From assembly GCF_004010195.1 (NCBI RefSeq), contig NC_057718.1, forward strand, positions 101,280,629 through 101,344,628: DNA of 64,000 nucleotides, written 5' to 3'. The notes beneath the pieces were generated by a model that did no database searches, had not been told where the DNA came from, and worked only from the letters and a program-made list of their open reading frames with translations. The stretch's first letter is position 1. Each line of letters opens with the position of its first letter. The DNA comes from Chiloscyllium plagiosum. Its lineage: Eukaryota. This document shows positions 12,319 to 24,768 of the stretch, in pieces. The position numbers and the translations under genes were made by a program.

Positions 12319-12637
12319 GTGAATACCAAATTGTGGAAGTGTCCAAAATACCTTTTAGTCATGAGCAGCTTGGTAGACATCCCACCCGTGTTATGATTTT
12401 TCTCCTAGACCGAACTCGCTGTGGAAAATGGAGAATCCTGTTAATAAACGATAATGTGTCTGTGTTTAATGCGGTGTTTCAGTATTGTGACCATCATGAA
12501 TTTTTTTTATATCAGTGTGAGAATTCTGCAGTATTCCACAGCACCATTAATTCCTTCAGTTCAGTTCACTCACATGGCATTACAAATTAGATCTGAACAA
12601 AAGTAATGGTGGAACTTCTGCATATGTAACTCATGGT

Positions 12638-12940
12638 TTAGATTAGATTAGATTAATTACAGTGTGGAAACAGGCCCTTCGGCCCAACAAGTCCACACCG
12701 ACGCGCAACCCACCCAGACCCATTCCCCTACATTTACCCCTGCCCCTCACACTACGGACAAGTTAGCATGGCCACTTCACCTAACCTGCACATTTTTGGA
12801 TTGTGGGAGGAAACCGGAGCACCCGGAGGAAACCCACGCAGACACGGGCAGAACGTGCAAACTCCACACAGTCAGTCGACTGAGGCGGGAATTGAACCCG
12901 GGTCTCTGGCATTGTGAGACAGCAGTGCCACCGAGCCGCT
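12638..12940 (-). mobile_element. HE1-type SINE, young
   Basis: Reverse complement of head, core and tail; (tagat)n tail repeats. Confidence 0.9.
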
Positions 12941-14621
12941 CCAGAACAGTAAATTTTAAATAGCAGCGTCATTTCTTAAAATATTCATGGTTTAATTCAG
13001 TCGTTGTGTTGATTCAACACTGGGAATGAAAACAAAACAGCAAAAGTTCATTATTATTTGTTGTGTTGTTCAGGTGAAGGGAGCAACAGTGTCCCCACGA
13101 ATAGTTAGGCAAAAGTAAGGACTACAGATGCTGGAAATCAGAGTCTAGATTAGAGTGGTGCTGAAAAAGCACAGCAGGTCAGGCAGCAGAGGGTGATCCC
13201 CAGAGGATTAGAAGGATTATATTAAGGGTTATAAAATTGACTATATGACTAGACTCGATGGGCTGTTCCTGTGTCTAATATTGTACAATTCTGCCACCAG
13301 CCATAACAAACTGAACAAGCTCCTTCAACTAGAGCTGTTCACAATGGGACACGTTTGCTTTTCGATTTGGGACTCCTGTCTGGTAAAGCCATCGGAAATC
13401 TGTACGAATTACTTTACAGAACTCAGGGAAGGGATCTGAGGAAGGGTCACTACACCCGGAATGTTAACTCTGATTTCTGTCCACAATTGCTGCCAGACCT
13501 GCTGAGCTTTTCTAGCAATGTCTGGTTTTATTCATGTAAACGGTATTCCGCTTTTGCGGTATTCCTTGTATGGCGTGTTTCCTTCAGGAAGTATCTGGTT
13601 AGAGGGCATCTTAAGCGTCTCTGGAATGGTGTAGATTGGATCGTGGATCCAGCCCTGAGTTGGACTGGTTGCAAAATGACATTGAAACTTGTGATGTTAA
13701 GCGAGAGTGCAGGCTTCATTAAATACTGATGTTGAACGCAACAACATGAAACTGGGCAGCAAGAAATGGAACTTACTGTGCTGCTTCCAGGTCAAAGGTC
13801 GCAGAAATATGCAATTGTAATTGGCTGTAATCCAGTCGTGAGAATTGTATTATAGTTTTTAATCAGGAAATATGATTACCGGCATATACTTCCTCAGCTG
13901 AAATGACAGCTGGGACAATTTATTGGGAGTTTAATGATAATTGCCTTCAGGCAAAAATGCAAAGGATAATCCATCAGAAACATGGTTAAGTTGATTTACA
14001 GTTGTGGATTTTTTTTGCTGGAGTGATTCGCTTTACTGTACGTGTTTAGTAATCCATCGCCCTCTGCAATGCTGAGTTTACAAAACTGCTGTCAAAGATC
14101 TTTGAAAATCTCAAATACAGCCCTCCCATTCACTAATTTCTTTTTGATTGGTTTTGAGCGCTGGTAGATCTATTGCCGATTTACTGTTTAAAAGATTAAA
14201 GTCACATCACTGTGTGGAAATTGGTAATTGGCAAAAGAAAACCTGCACGAGCAAGTTTAACAGCGCAGATCTGTCATTATTTCATTTGAGAAGAAATAAG
14301 TGTGATTCCACACACATCAATGGGTTCTTAATTCAGGCCTTTTCATTCTGTTTAGCAGAACAGAAAGTAAGTTATATCCACCAGTCACTGGGCCCTGTAA
14401 ACTCAATGGCCTAATCAACATTTTTCAAGAAAAGGCAGAGGATTGAACTGTTTGTTCTTTTCCCTTCTCATAAAAGAGAAAAAGAATGAGGGTATCGATT
14501 TAAAGTTTTGTCCAAAAGAAGCAAGGCTTATGTGAGCAAAAAACTTTCCACACAGCGAGTAGTTGGAATCTGGAAATGCGCTGCTTGGAAATGTGGTGGA
14601 GATCGGTTCAATTGGGGTATT

Positions 14622-14905
14622 GGCACGGTGGCTCAGAGGTTAACACTGCTGCCTCACAGCGCCAGGGATCTGAGTTCGATTCCACCCTCAGGTGAGTTTG
14701 TCCGTTCTCCCCATGTGGGTTTCCTTTGGGTGCTCTAGTTTCCTCCTACAGTCCAAAGATGTGCAGGTTAGGGTGGATTGGCCATGGGAGATGTGGGGTT
14801 ATGGGAATAAGGGTAGGGGTGGGTCCGGGTGGGATGCTCTTCAGAGGGTCTGTGTGAATGGAACAGGATGAATGGCCTGCTTCCACACTGTAGGGATTGT
14901 ATGAT
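14622..14905 (+). mobile_element. HE1-type SINE
   Basis: ggcacggtggctcag...gttcgattcc head, ccaaagatgtgcagg core, ttccacactgtagggat tail. Confidence 0.85.
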
Positions 14906-16021
14906 TCAAAAGGGACATTGGATGGTTACTCAGATAGAAGTGATGTGCAGGGATATGGCAGAAGATTGGCACCAGGGGATAGAACCAGTGCCAGCCTGAT
15001 GGGCTGAATGGTCTCCTTTGGTGCTGTAACAATTCTGCAATTTTCTGGGGGTTGCCTTCACATTGGAGCTTCAGAAATGGTTTGTTCAGGAGGGATGATG
15101 ACCTAAATATTGTCCAAATGCCTACGGTGAGATGAAATCGCTGGACCGGGCATCAAGGCTCTGAAAACCAGTGGCTAAGTTTGCCTGGGTACGTGAACAA
15201 ATGGCAGGTTTAACCGGCTATGTTGTTGAGTGGCGAGCCGAGAAGCGATAGTTTTAGGACCGTGGGGCTTACTGAGATGGTGATGTGATAAGTAACTCAG
15301 AGGGCAATCGATGATGGCAGCAGCTCGACAGAGCAGATCATGTGACTTGATTGAGGTGGTGCTGTGTTTTATCTGTGCTGGGCCAACTGAATCAGGCATT
15401 TTAACGACAAGACAATCTGGGACCTTTTTGAAAGCTCCTCAATGGGAAACAGCTTGCTGTTGCTTTGGGAGTAATCATGAGGATGCAGCAGCAGCTCTGT
15501 GTGTGATTGATGGTACAAATTCCATCCCTCAGTGCTCTTGGGTACATGCACATGGTGGGATGCGTTGCTAGGCTCAGTCACTTGACATTTGTAGTCCCTG
15601 TGGGCTCTTACAATCCAGCTGCAGTGAGATGGCTGGGTAGTTACAAATTGCCAAGGTCCCTTACCCCCTGGAAAGGGACCAGTTTGAAATGTTATCACAG
15701 TCTACTCTCAAAGGCAGTGTGATCCTTCTTTACATAGGTGCCTTCCAGATCCTTAAGATTGCATCATAAGTTAACTAACCAAAAAATTGTGGATGCTGGT
15801 AATCAGAAAGCAAAACAGAAATTGTTGGAAAAGCTCAGCTGATCTGGAAGCATCTGTGGAGAGAAATCAGAGTTAACGTTTCAGGTCCAGAAACTCTTCT
15901 TTGGAGCTAACTTCAACCTCTGACCTTAAACACAGATAAGGGCTCCGGAATTTTCCAGCCAATTATAAAGAGCCTTGTTCAAATTTTTGTTTGAATTACC
16001 TGATGGGCTCGGCCATCATGT

Positions 16022-16256
16022 TATAGACTCATAGAGATGTACAGCACAGAAACAGACTCTTCAGTCCAACTCATCCACGTTGACCAGATATCCGAACCTA
16101 ATCTAGTCCCATTCGCCAGCCCTTGACCCATATCCCTCTAAACCCTTCCTGTTCATATACAAATCCAGGTGCCTTTTAAATGTTGTAATTGCACCAACCT
16201 CCTCCACTTCCTCTGGCAGCTCGTTCCTTGCACACACCACTCTCTAATTGAAAAGG
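16022..16256 (-). mobile_element. CR1 LINE 3' fragment
   Basis: Matches 4463-4700. Confidence 0.85.
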
Positions 16257-16929
16257 TTTGTGGATCTTATACTGCTTTGGATTTTCTACTCGCTCGTAAG
16301 GTTCCCTTAACTAGGATGCAGGATCACCAAGGCTTCAGGGCCCACCACATCATAACTGCATTGAAACTTGAGAATCTGAAGTTGGTTCTTCAAGACAGAA
16401 TCTATGGCACACCTGCCCAATAAGACAAAACCGACTTGTTCCTCATGTCAGTTTAACAATGCTTTAAGCAGAAATGGGTAAGCATGTGTTTAGTATTCCA
16501 ACTGTTATATTTGTCATGTGTTGTGTTATCATCATATCATGTCATCATGATGTGCTTAATGTCTTCAGGAGCTGTGCAGGGGTTGCAATAAAATTGAGAG
16601 ATCCGGGTTTCTGATTTGAGGGAGCGAAACCGATTCACCACTGTTACTTTCAGCAGCATTTTCTTTACTCTATAAAGGGCCACAAAGATATGCATCAGCT
16701 CTTCCAAGGAGCCGGTCAAGTCATCTCTCAAAGCTTTGTATTATTCTGCAGAACTTCTTGATTTCCACAAACTCACTGCAAAGACTTGAACTCAAAAATC
16801 TAGCCTGGCACCCTCTCTCTTACGCCAAATCAGAAGACCCTTTGACACTATTCCCAAGGAGAGCAGGGGATGTCTGCATGCTTGGATCCTCTGACCACTA
16901 TTTATCCTCAACTAATTTGCAGCACAGTG

Positions 16930-17250
16930 GGTGGCACAATGGTTCAATGGTTAGCGCTGCTGCCTCACAGCGCCAGAGACCCAGGTTCGATTCCAGCTTC
17001 GGGCGACTGTGTGGAGTTTGCACATTCTCCCCGTTACTGCATGGGTTTCCTCTGGGTGCTCTGGTTTCCTCCCACAATCCAAAGATGTGCAGGTCAGGGT
17101 GGATTGGCCAGCCTAAATTGCCCCACAATGTTCAGGGATGTGTAAGTTAGGTGCATTAGTCAGGGGTAAACGTGGAGTAATGGGGGAATGGGTCTGGGTG
17201 GGATACTCTTGTTGAGCCGAAGGGCCTGTTTCCACACTGTAGGGATTCTG
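16930..17250 (+). mobile_element. HE1-type SINE
   Basis: Head, core and tail all present. Confidence 0.88.
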
Positions 17251-17287
17251 TGCTAACTTCTATAAACCAGATAACCCGGTGCCACCA

Positions 17288-17420
17288 TCACATTGCTGTG
17301 TGAGAGAGTTTGCACAAATTGGCAGCAGCATTTGCAACATTACAACAGTGACAATACTTCACGTTAGCCATGAACAGGACATCCCGAGGTAGTGAAAGCT
17401 GCAGTAAAAATGCAGCTTTT
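17288..17420 (+). mobile_element. Old Deu-domain SINE 3' part
   Basis: ttgcacaaattggcagcagcatttgcaacattacaacagtgacaatacttca resembles the Deu domain as I recall it. Confidence 0.55.
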
Positions 17421-18220
17421 TTTTCCCTTCCTTTCAATTGCATCTAGCAATTCCCATCATTGGCAGTGTATCATCTACCCAGCGAGACCAGAAATGTTCA
17501 GCTGTAGACTGTATTTTTCTGCTTATTATTTCTGCTGCCAAGCTGATTTCAAGCTAAACCCAGCTATGAACAATTCAATAGGCTTGCTTTTGTTATTTTT
17601 TTTCCATTAGCCTCGTCATTTAAAGCAATGAACATTTCATTTGTACCTTTCTACATGATAAGATGTGCTGTAGCTTTATCACAATTTGATGCTTTAATAT
17701 CGGTATTTGTGCCTTGACTGTACCTGTATTCTCATGTTAAACATTATCAGCCACCAAGCTTGTTTAAGTTAATGGTTATCATGGTGATGTCGTCTAATCG
17801 CTGTGCAGGTGAAGACTTCATGCAGGTCATATCGTGGAAAAACATGCTCTTAACACTCTTTTTCCACTGTGCTTAATTATCCTTAAGACTAAGGGTATTT
17901 AATTATTAAAGATTGTGGTTTCTTTTGTAGAATTTGGTGCCTTTGTCTAACTAGTAGAGTTGTATGCTGATGGTTCATAACTGTTTATCAGTAGTTAGAA
18001 CCTATTGATTTCTAATAAACAGTAATACTTGTTAATTGCCGAAATCTGGTCCATTCTTTCTGTCGAGCTGTGTTTCAACATTTGGTAAATTGGCGAATCC
18101 TGGGGACTGTTTAAAGTCTTTAATTTCTGTGATGTCTCCGTCTATAATTGGATTTGCTTCCCAATTTTGTCCCGCAATCCAAAGATGTGCAGGTTAGGTG
18201 GATTGGCCGTGCTAAATTGC

Positions 18221-18425
18221 GAGGAGAAAGTGAGGGCTGCAGATGCTGGAGATCAGAGCTGAAAATGTGTTGCTGGAAAAGTGCAGCAGGTCAGGCAGCA
18301 TCCAAGGAGCAGGAGAATCGAAATTTCGGACATTCCTGAAGAAGGGCTTATGCCCGAAACGTCGATTCTCCTGTTCCTTGGATGCTGCCTGACCTGCTGC
18401 GCTTTTCCAGCAACACATTTTCAGC
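18221..18425. mobile_element. PLE hairpin element nested in an HE1 fragment
   Basis: Inverted arms gctgaaaatgtgttgctgg / ccagcaacacattttcagc; flanking duplication ccgtgctaaa. Confidence 0.85.
18336..18363 (+). ncRNA. Minimal type-I hammerhead ribozyme motif, intact core (CUGAAGA)
   Basis: CTGAAGA-A-GGGC-TTAT-GCCC-GAAAC-GTC. Confidence 0.8.
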
Positions 18426-18542
18426 CCCGTGCTAAAGTGCCCAAAGTGTCCAGGGTGGGTGTGGGAGGGATGCTCCTTACAGAATGTGCAAACTCCACAC
18501 AGACAATCGCCCAAGGGTGGAATCAAACCCAGGTCCCTGGCT

Positions 18543-18823
18543 CGGTGGTTAGCACTGCTGCCTTACAGTGCCAGGGACCCGGGTTCAATTCCAGCCTGGG
18601 ATGACTGTCGGTGTGGAGTTTTCACATTCTCCCTGTACCTACGTGGGTTTCCTCTGGGTGCTCTGGTTTCCTCCCACAGTTCAAAAATGTGCAGTTAGGT
18701 GGATTGGCCGTGCTAAATTGCTCAAACTGTCCAGGGTGGGTGTGGGGGGGGGGATGCTCCTCAGATGGTTGGTGTGGACTCGATGGGCCGAATGGCCTGT
18801 TTCCACACTGTGTAGGGATTCGA
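18543..18823 (+). mobile_element. HE1-type SINE, preceded by an inverted HE1 head fragment (18481-18540)
   Basis: Head, core and tail motifs. Confidence 0.85.
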
Positions 18824-19039
18824 GATGTTAGTCTTTTACATTGGGAGAGTGAGGAGTGGGGTGGAGTTAGGCCCAGGGCTGCGGAAGTAGATCTTAGCCC
18901 TGTCACCCCTCAGACCCCTTCGTACCCATGCCAACCCATGCCTCCCCTCATCCATTTCAACTCACCGCCAATTTTCCCACTATCGATAAGTGGCAGAATT
19001 CAGAAGCCACATGGAGATGTAAAAAAATAAACCTCAAAC

Positions 19040-19597
19040 GAGGCCTGTTCTGGAGCACTGTGTCCAGTTCTGGCCTCCCTGTTATGAGAAAGATGTTAAT
19101 AAACTGGAAGGGGTTCAGGAAAGATTGACCAGGATGTTGCTGGAGTGGAGGGCTTCAGTTATAAGGAGAGGCTGGCACCTTTTTCACTGGAGTGTGGGAG
19201 GTTGGGGGGGTGACCTTATCATGGTTTATAAAATCATGAGAGGTATGGATAAGGTGAATGGATAAGGGTCTTTTCCCGAGCGTGGGGGAGTTCAAAACTA
19301 GGGGGCATATTTTAAAGGTGAGAGGAGAAAGTTTTAAAAAGGACAGGAGGGGCAACATTTTTACACAGGGAATGGTTTGTATGTGGAATGACCTTCCAGA
19401 GGAAGTGGTGGATGTGGGTGCAATTACAGCATTTAAAAGACATTTAGAAAGTTTGTGAATAGAAAAGGTTTAGAGTGATATGGGCCAGGAGTAGGCGGAT
19501 GGGACTAGCTTAGTTTGGGATTATGGTTGGCATGGACTGGTTGGGCTGAAGGGTCTGTTTCCGTGCTGTATGATTCTATCTCTCTATGACTCTATAA
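19040..19597 (+). mobile_element. CR1 LINE 3' fragment
   Basis: ORF 19258..19458 KTRGHILKVRG...FTQGMVCMWNDLPEEVV; ctctatga tail. Confidence 0.9.
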
Positions 19598-19766
19598 TCT
19601 AATGCCGATCTCAGTGATAGTGGTGGTGTGAAAACTTTCCATTCATAAGACCCATTCAAAGCTTTTAAACCTCCTCTGTTTAATCACTTAGATAGAACAT
19701 CGCTTAGAAAGAACATAAAGTTCTTAATATTTTAAAATCAAACTGTTCCATTGTTTTGTGGCACTC

Positions 19767-20195
19767 TCTAGAACAGGTGAGACTTGAATCCAGCCTTCTG
19801 GCTCAGAATAAAGACACTACCACTGCACCATAAGCATCTTATAGATATTTTCTAATCAACTTGTTCAGAGATGATATTACGTATCCTTGGAGCAGGTGGG
19901 ACTTGAACCTGGGGCTCCTGTCTCAGAGGGAGGGACATTAACACTGTGGCCACACGAGGCAAACCTCTGTTCCGAACCCATGTCAAAGGCAGCTAATTCT
20001 TTAATAGCCTCATTTATGTATGATGAAATCGGAACTTAGAATCACCAGATGCGATAACTTAGCTTTTCAAACTCAATCAGGAATTCAAAATTAGGTTATA
20101 ATAGCCTTTGACAAAGGAATTTTGTGGTACAGTGGTAGTGTCCACCCCTCTAAGCCAGGAGGCCTAGGGTTCAAGTCTCACCTGCTCCAAAGGTG
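19767..20195. mobile_element. Cluster of three related tRNA-like SINE heads (two minus, one plus)
   Basis: About 19767-19833(-), 19886-19958(-) and 20121-20193(+) share gtgg..cagtggtagtgtc...ggttcaagtc(t/c)cacctg(c/t)tc. Confidence 0.6.
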
Positions 20196-20708
20196 TTTCA
20201 TAAAACCTCAGAAATGGGTGCCAGTCCTCAACATCCAGGTCCCGCCAACTATTTTAAACAGTCCTGGAGTCCAGTTGCATGTCAGAAGAATAGTAAGACC
20301 TCAGGGGTATGTCTGATCCCATTGAGCGATGCCGGGACCGAAGGACTGCAGCCGTATGGATGGATAGTGTGGAGAAGCAGGGACTTATTTTCCTCGGTTT
20401 GGAGTGCAGATCCAATACAACTGCTGAAAATCGTGAAGTGTTTGGACAGAACATATGAAGCTATCCTGTTTAGAAAAGGAGGAAAGGATTGGTAACCAGG
20501 GGATGCAGATATAGGATGATTGGCAAAAGAACTGACAAAAAAGTGAGAGTTTATTTTTACAGAGGGAGGGATGATGTTCTAGAATGTAGAGGTGGTTTCA
20601 GATTCTCAATAGGAATTCTCAAAGGGAATTGGATTTGAACAGACAGGGAATAAATCAAGCAATACTGTGGGTGGGGGGAATACCAGTTGAGTGGGACTAA
20701 CGTAGAGT

Positions 20709-20978
20709 CACTACAGTGTGGAAAGAGGCTGTTCAGCCCTCCAAAGAACATCACACTTAGGTCAAGCCCCACCTTATCCCACATTTCCCTTGGCTAACCC
20801 ACCTAGTCTGCACATCTCTGGAGCATTTTAGCCCGGCTAGTCCACCTAATCTGCATATCTTTGGACTGTGGGAAGAAATCAGAGCACCCAGAGGAAACCT
20901 GCGCAGATAGTCGCCCAAGGGTGGAATCGAACCCAACTCCCTGGCACTCTGAGGTAGCAGTGCTCACCACTGAGGCAA
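20709..20978 (-). mobile_element. HE1-type SINE
   Basis: Reverse complement of head, core and tail. Confidence 0.8.
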
Positions 20979-21013
20979 CTTAATTAATTCTCGTTAGATA
21001 GATCTACTGAAGA

Positions 21014-21208
21014 GTTGAAAATGTGTTGCTGGAGAAGCGCAGCAGGTCAGGCAGCATCCAGGGAACAGGAGAATCGACGTTTCGGGCATAAGCCCTTCTT
21101 CATTCCTGATTCTCCTGTTCCCTGGATGCTGCCTGACCTGCTGCGCTTCTCCAGCAACACATTTTCAGCTCTGATCTCCAGCATCTGCAGACCTCACTTT
21201 CTCCTCAA
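21014..21208. mobile_element. PLE hairpin element
   Basis: Near-perfect inverted arms; 14-bp TSD agatctactgaaga at 21000-21013 and 21209-21222; minus-strand hammerhead truncated at C3. Confidence 0.9.
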
Positions 21209-21919
21209 AGATCTACTGAAGAACCAGTATAGGCTCAATAGACCAAATGGCCTCCTATAGTTTACATCCCTGATTGTTCCACTTCTGTCTGCAGTAAATG
21301 AAATCAGATACTAAAACGGCGGTGTGTGGGGTGGGGGTGGGGGGGCGGGCGCCCATGTTCTGGTTTCTCCTCCTCAAAACACAAAGGGCGTCATGACCGG
21401 TTTAGAACATCTTTTGGGCAAAACCTCCCACAAGCGAGTCGTACTGCACAGAGTCACCCGAACACAAGGCCATCCTGCCTTTGTGCGGCTGAGATATTCT
21501 CTGGCTTCACCAACTGAACTTTAAATTACAAACCAATGATCATAGATAAGGGATCTCGTTGCGAAAATAGTCTTGCTCTTTAATGCGTGCATGCCTTGAC
21601 CTCATTAAATTTGGAGAATATTAAATGTTTCTGATCAAGCTCCAGTCGCGTTTTTGGAAACCAGGTCACCATGGGAACAGTTACAGATGCAGATTAGTTG
21701 TGCAGCTAGGCATAGACTGCAAATTGGAATCTGATATTAAAAAAAACACAGTGTAGCCTTAATGAAAAATGAAGTTGAGTTTAGTGTAATCCATTTATTA
21801 TTAGTGAAATCCACCAAAAATGCCCAGTGCACTCTCTTGTGTTCAGCAAAGAAAGTTCTGCAAAGTGAGATTTCCCTGTGAACAGCAGTAATATTTTCTT
21901 CTGCTTTTTCTGGGTGCTC

Positions 21920-22612
21920 AGGTCCACTGTACCGTGAGGGTGGCAACTCAGGTCGATAGAGTGGTCAAGAAGGCATACGGCATGCTTTCCTTCATCGGAC
22001 GGGGTATTGAGTACAAACATTGGCAGGTCACGTTACAGTTCTATAGGACTTTGCATCAGCCACATTTGGAATACTGCATCCAGTTCTCATCGCCACATTA
22101 CCAAACGGGTATGGATGTTTGGGAGAGGAAGTTCACCAGGATGTTGCCTGGTATGGAGGAATCTAGCTATGAAGAGTGGTTGAATAGATAAGGATTATTT
22201 TCACTAGAAAGACGGAGGTTGAGGGGGGACCTGATTGAGGTCTACAAAATCATGAGAGGTATAGACAGGGTGGATAGCAAGAAGCTTTTTCCAAAAGTGG
22301 GGGACTCAGTTACTATGGGTCATGATTTCAAGGTGAGAGGGGAATAGTTTAGGGGAGATATGCGTGGAAAGTTCTTTACTCAAAGGATAGTGGGTACCTG
22401 GAACACTTTGCCAGCGGAGGTGGTAGAGGCGGGCTCAATAGCATCATTTAGGATATATCTAGACAGATACATGAATGGGCAGGGAGCAAAGGGATACAGA
22501 TCCTTGGAAAATAGGTGACAGATTTAGATAGAGGATCTGGATCAGCACAGGCTTGGAGGGCTAAGGGGCCTGTTGCTGTGCTGTAATTCTCTTTGTTCTT
22601 GTTCTTTGTTCT
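21920..22612 (+). mobile_element. CR1 LINE 3' part
   Basis: ORF 21934..22191 VVKKAYGMLSFIGRGIEYK...HLEYCIQF; ttcttg-type tail. Confidence 0.9.
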
Positions 22613-22734
22613 TTTCATTAGACTGTGCCATTACTTTCTCCTCATTCGGGGAAAAGTGCTTGATTTGTGCTTGGGGCAAAACCTGACTGCTTCGACATAC
22701 AGCCATGTCTCCCTCACTTCAAGAACTTGGTGAA

Positions 22735-23245
22735 TGTGACTTGCATTTATGTAGCTCCTTCAACAAAGTAAAACATCCCAAGGTGCTTCTGAGGAGTGGA
22801 ATTTATTTGCCACCTGCCACCAGGGGATGCCTTGGTTTGAGAATTCTCATTCCCACTTCCCATGGTCACACCCATGGAGAGATGCGCCAAAAACTCGGTC
22901 AAAGATGTAGGTTTTAAGAAAGATTTTAAAGGAGAACATAGAGGTCCATAGATATAGGGAGAGAATTTGGGGCCCTGTCAGCTGAAGGCACCAAATAATG
23001 GGACGATTAAAATCGGGGATACTTCTAGAGGCTAGAATTGAAGAGGGCAGAGGTCTGGGAAGATTACAGGGCTGGAGAGGGTGACCAAAACAGGGTAGGG
23101 GTGTGACCATGGAAAGATTCTGAGAAGCAGGAATGAGAAATCTAAAACCAAGGTGTGGCTCAACTGGAAGTCAATCCAGAACAGTGAGCACAAGGGTGAT
23201 GGCAGAGTGGGAAATGGGTGTTAGGATGCCGAAGGTGAGTCCTAA
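22735..23245 (-). mobile_element. Old L2-like LINE 3' relic
   Basis: acttgcatttatgtagctccttcaacaaagtaaaacatcccaaggtgctt is the reverse complement of an L2-type tail; similar relics at about 25525-26450 and 48345-48730. Confidence 0.55.
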
Positions 23246-24027
23246 ACTCCTGTAGCTCTGGGCCCCAGGCAGGAAAATTCAAACAAAAAAGGGTGAAGCA
23301 ACCTGTTGCATTCAGTCTTGGTTGTGAAAGAGTTAATGTTAGGCCCCACCAAATCTGATGACACCACACTGTCTTTGAGTGGAGAAGCCGTTAATCTTGT
23401 ACGAGGTCCTGATGAAATAGACACGACAAACAGGATCTTGGTGGTTGACATTATCCCTAACTGGTTGATGTTAATTGTGCCTATTGTAATCAGCCAATAA
23501 ACTGCATCTTTTGTTATAAAACAAAACCAAATTTTACCTTGGTTATTGTACTTAGAAAAGTATAGCACAGAACAGGCCCTTTGGCCCACGATGTTGTACT
23601 AAGAAGTGTTTCACCTTGTTAAGAGTCTATAGTGGTTACTTTTTATCACTGATTATTAGACAGACCCTTAGACTCAGCATTTCGTTACAGAGTTCCTTAG
23701 GGACTGTTTACACTAATTGTGTTTGATCTTGGACATTTAACAATTATAGAAAGGAGGATTGGTGGTAGTGAATACTAACCACAATCCACTAGAGGTTGGT
23801 GACTGAAAGATGAGACATAAACTATAGGCTTTTTGGTCCCGTTTTAGCCTGTACCTCATCTAACCTCCCGAAAATCGCAATGACCCCTAACCCTTCAGGT
23901 TTGTGCAGAGCTTCTATGGAAACAGCAGCCAATGCAGAATCTGTGTGTTTAGAGAAGGCAGGAGATCCTCTCCATTGCTCAGGAGAGCTGGATAAAGCCA
24001 AAACCTGTTGGAGAGCTGGCAGATTGC

Positions 24028-24570
24028 AGAGTCACAGAGATGTACAGCACGGCAACAGACTCTTTGGTCCAACTTGTCCATGCCGACCAGATATCCTAAA
24101 TTAATCTAGTCCCATTTGCCAGCATTTGGCCCAATTCCCTCTATACCCTTCCTATTCAGATACCCATCCAGATGCCTTTTAAATGTTGTCAATTGTCCCC
24201 CTGATGTGGAGATGCCGGTGTTGGACTCGGGTGGACAAAGTTAAAGATCACACAACACCAGGTTATAGTCCAACAGGTTTAATTGGAAGCACTAACTTTC
24301 GGAGTGACGCTCCTTCATCAGGTGGTTGATCAACCATCTAATGAAGGAGCAGCGCTCCAAAAGCTAGTGCTTCCAAATAAACCTATTGGACTATAACCTG
24401 ATGTGTGATTTTTAACTTTTAAGTGTTGTAATTGTACCAGCCTCCGCCACTTCCTCTGGCAGCTCATTCCATACACGCACCACCCTCTGTGTGAAACATT
24501 TGCCCCTTAGGTCCTTTTCACATCTTTCCCTTCTCACCCTAAATCTCTAGTTTTGGACTCCTCCACCCTT
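24028..24570 (-). mobile_element. CR1 LINE 3' fragment containing a PLE family C hairpin (about 24202-24419)
   Basis: CR1 sequence resumes after a duplicated ttttaa(a/g)tgttgt..aattgt; minus-strand hammerhead CTGATGA-A-GGAGC-GTC-ACTCC-GAAAGTTA at 24293-24321. Confidence 0.85.
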
Positions 24571-24597
24571 GTATGGGATCCTCAACAAGCAACTGCC

Positions 24598-24768
24598 AAA
24601 ATGACTGAAAATATAAAAGCTGGAGATCACAGCAAGTCAGGCAGTATCCATGGAGATAGAACAAGCTAATGTTTCGAGTCTGGATGACTCTATGTGACTG
24701 AAGAGTCATCTAGACTTGAAACGTTAGATTGCTGTCTCTCCATGGACGCTACCTAACCCGCTGGGTCT
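24598..24768. mobile_element. PLE family B hairpin, decayed
   Basis: Inverted gctaatgtttcgagtctggatgactct / gaagagtcatctagacttgaaacgttag. Confidence 0.75.

Noticed and set aside
16537..16790. Minus-strand protein-like stretch (LRDDLTGSLEELMHIF...)
   Set aside because: In-frame stop just upstream, no consistent acceptor-donor pair, not recognised
21014..21208. PLE hairpins as classical DNA-transposon MITEs or pre-miRNAs
   Set aside because: Arms are asymmetric, centres differ between copies, TSD lengths vary, and the same sequence adjoins RT/GIY-YIG remnants
23242..23589. ORFs on both strands
   Set aside because: Ends lie in repeat relics and the central part has no recognisable homology
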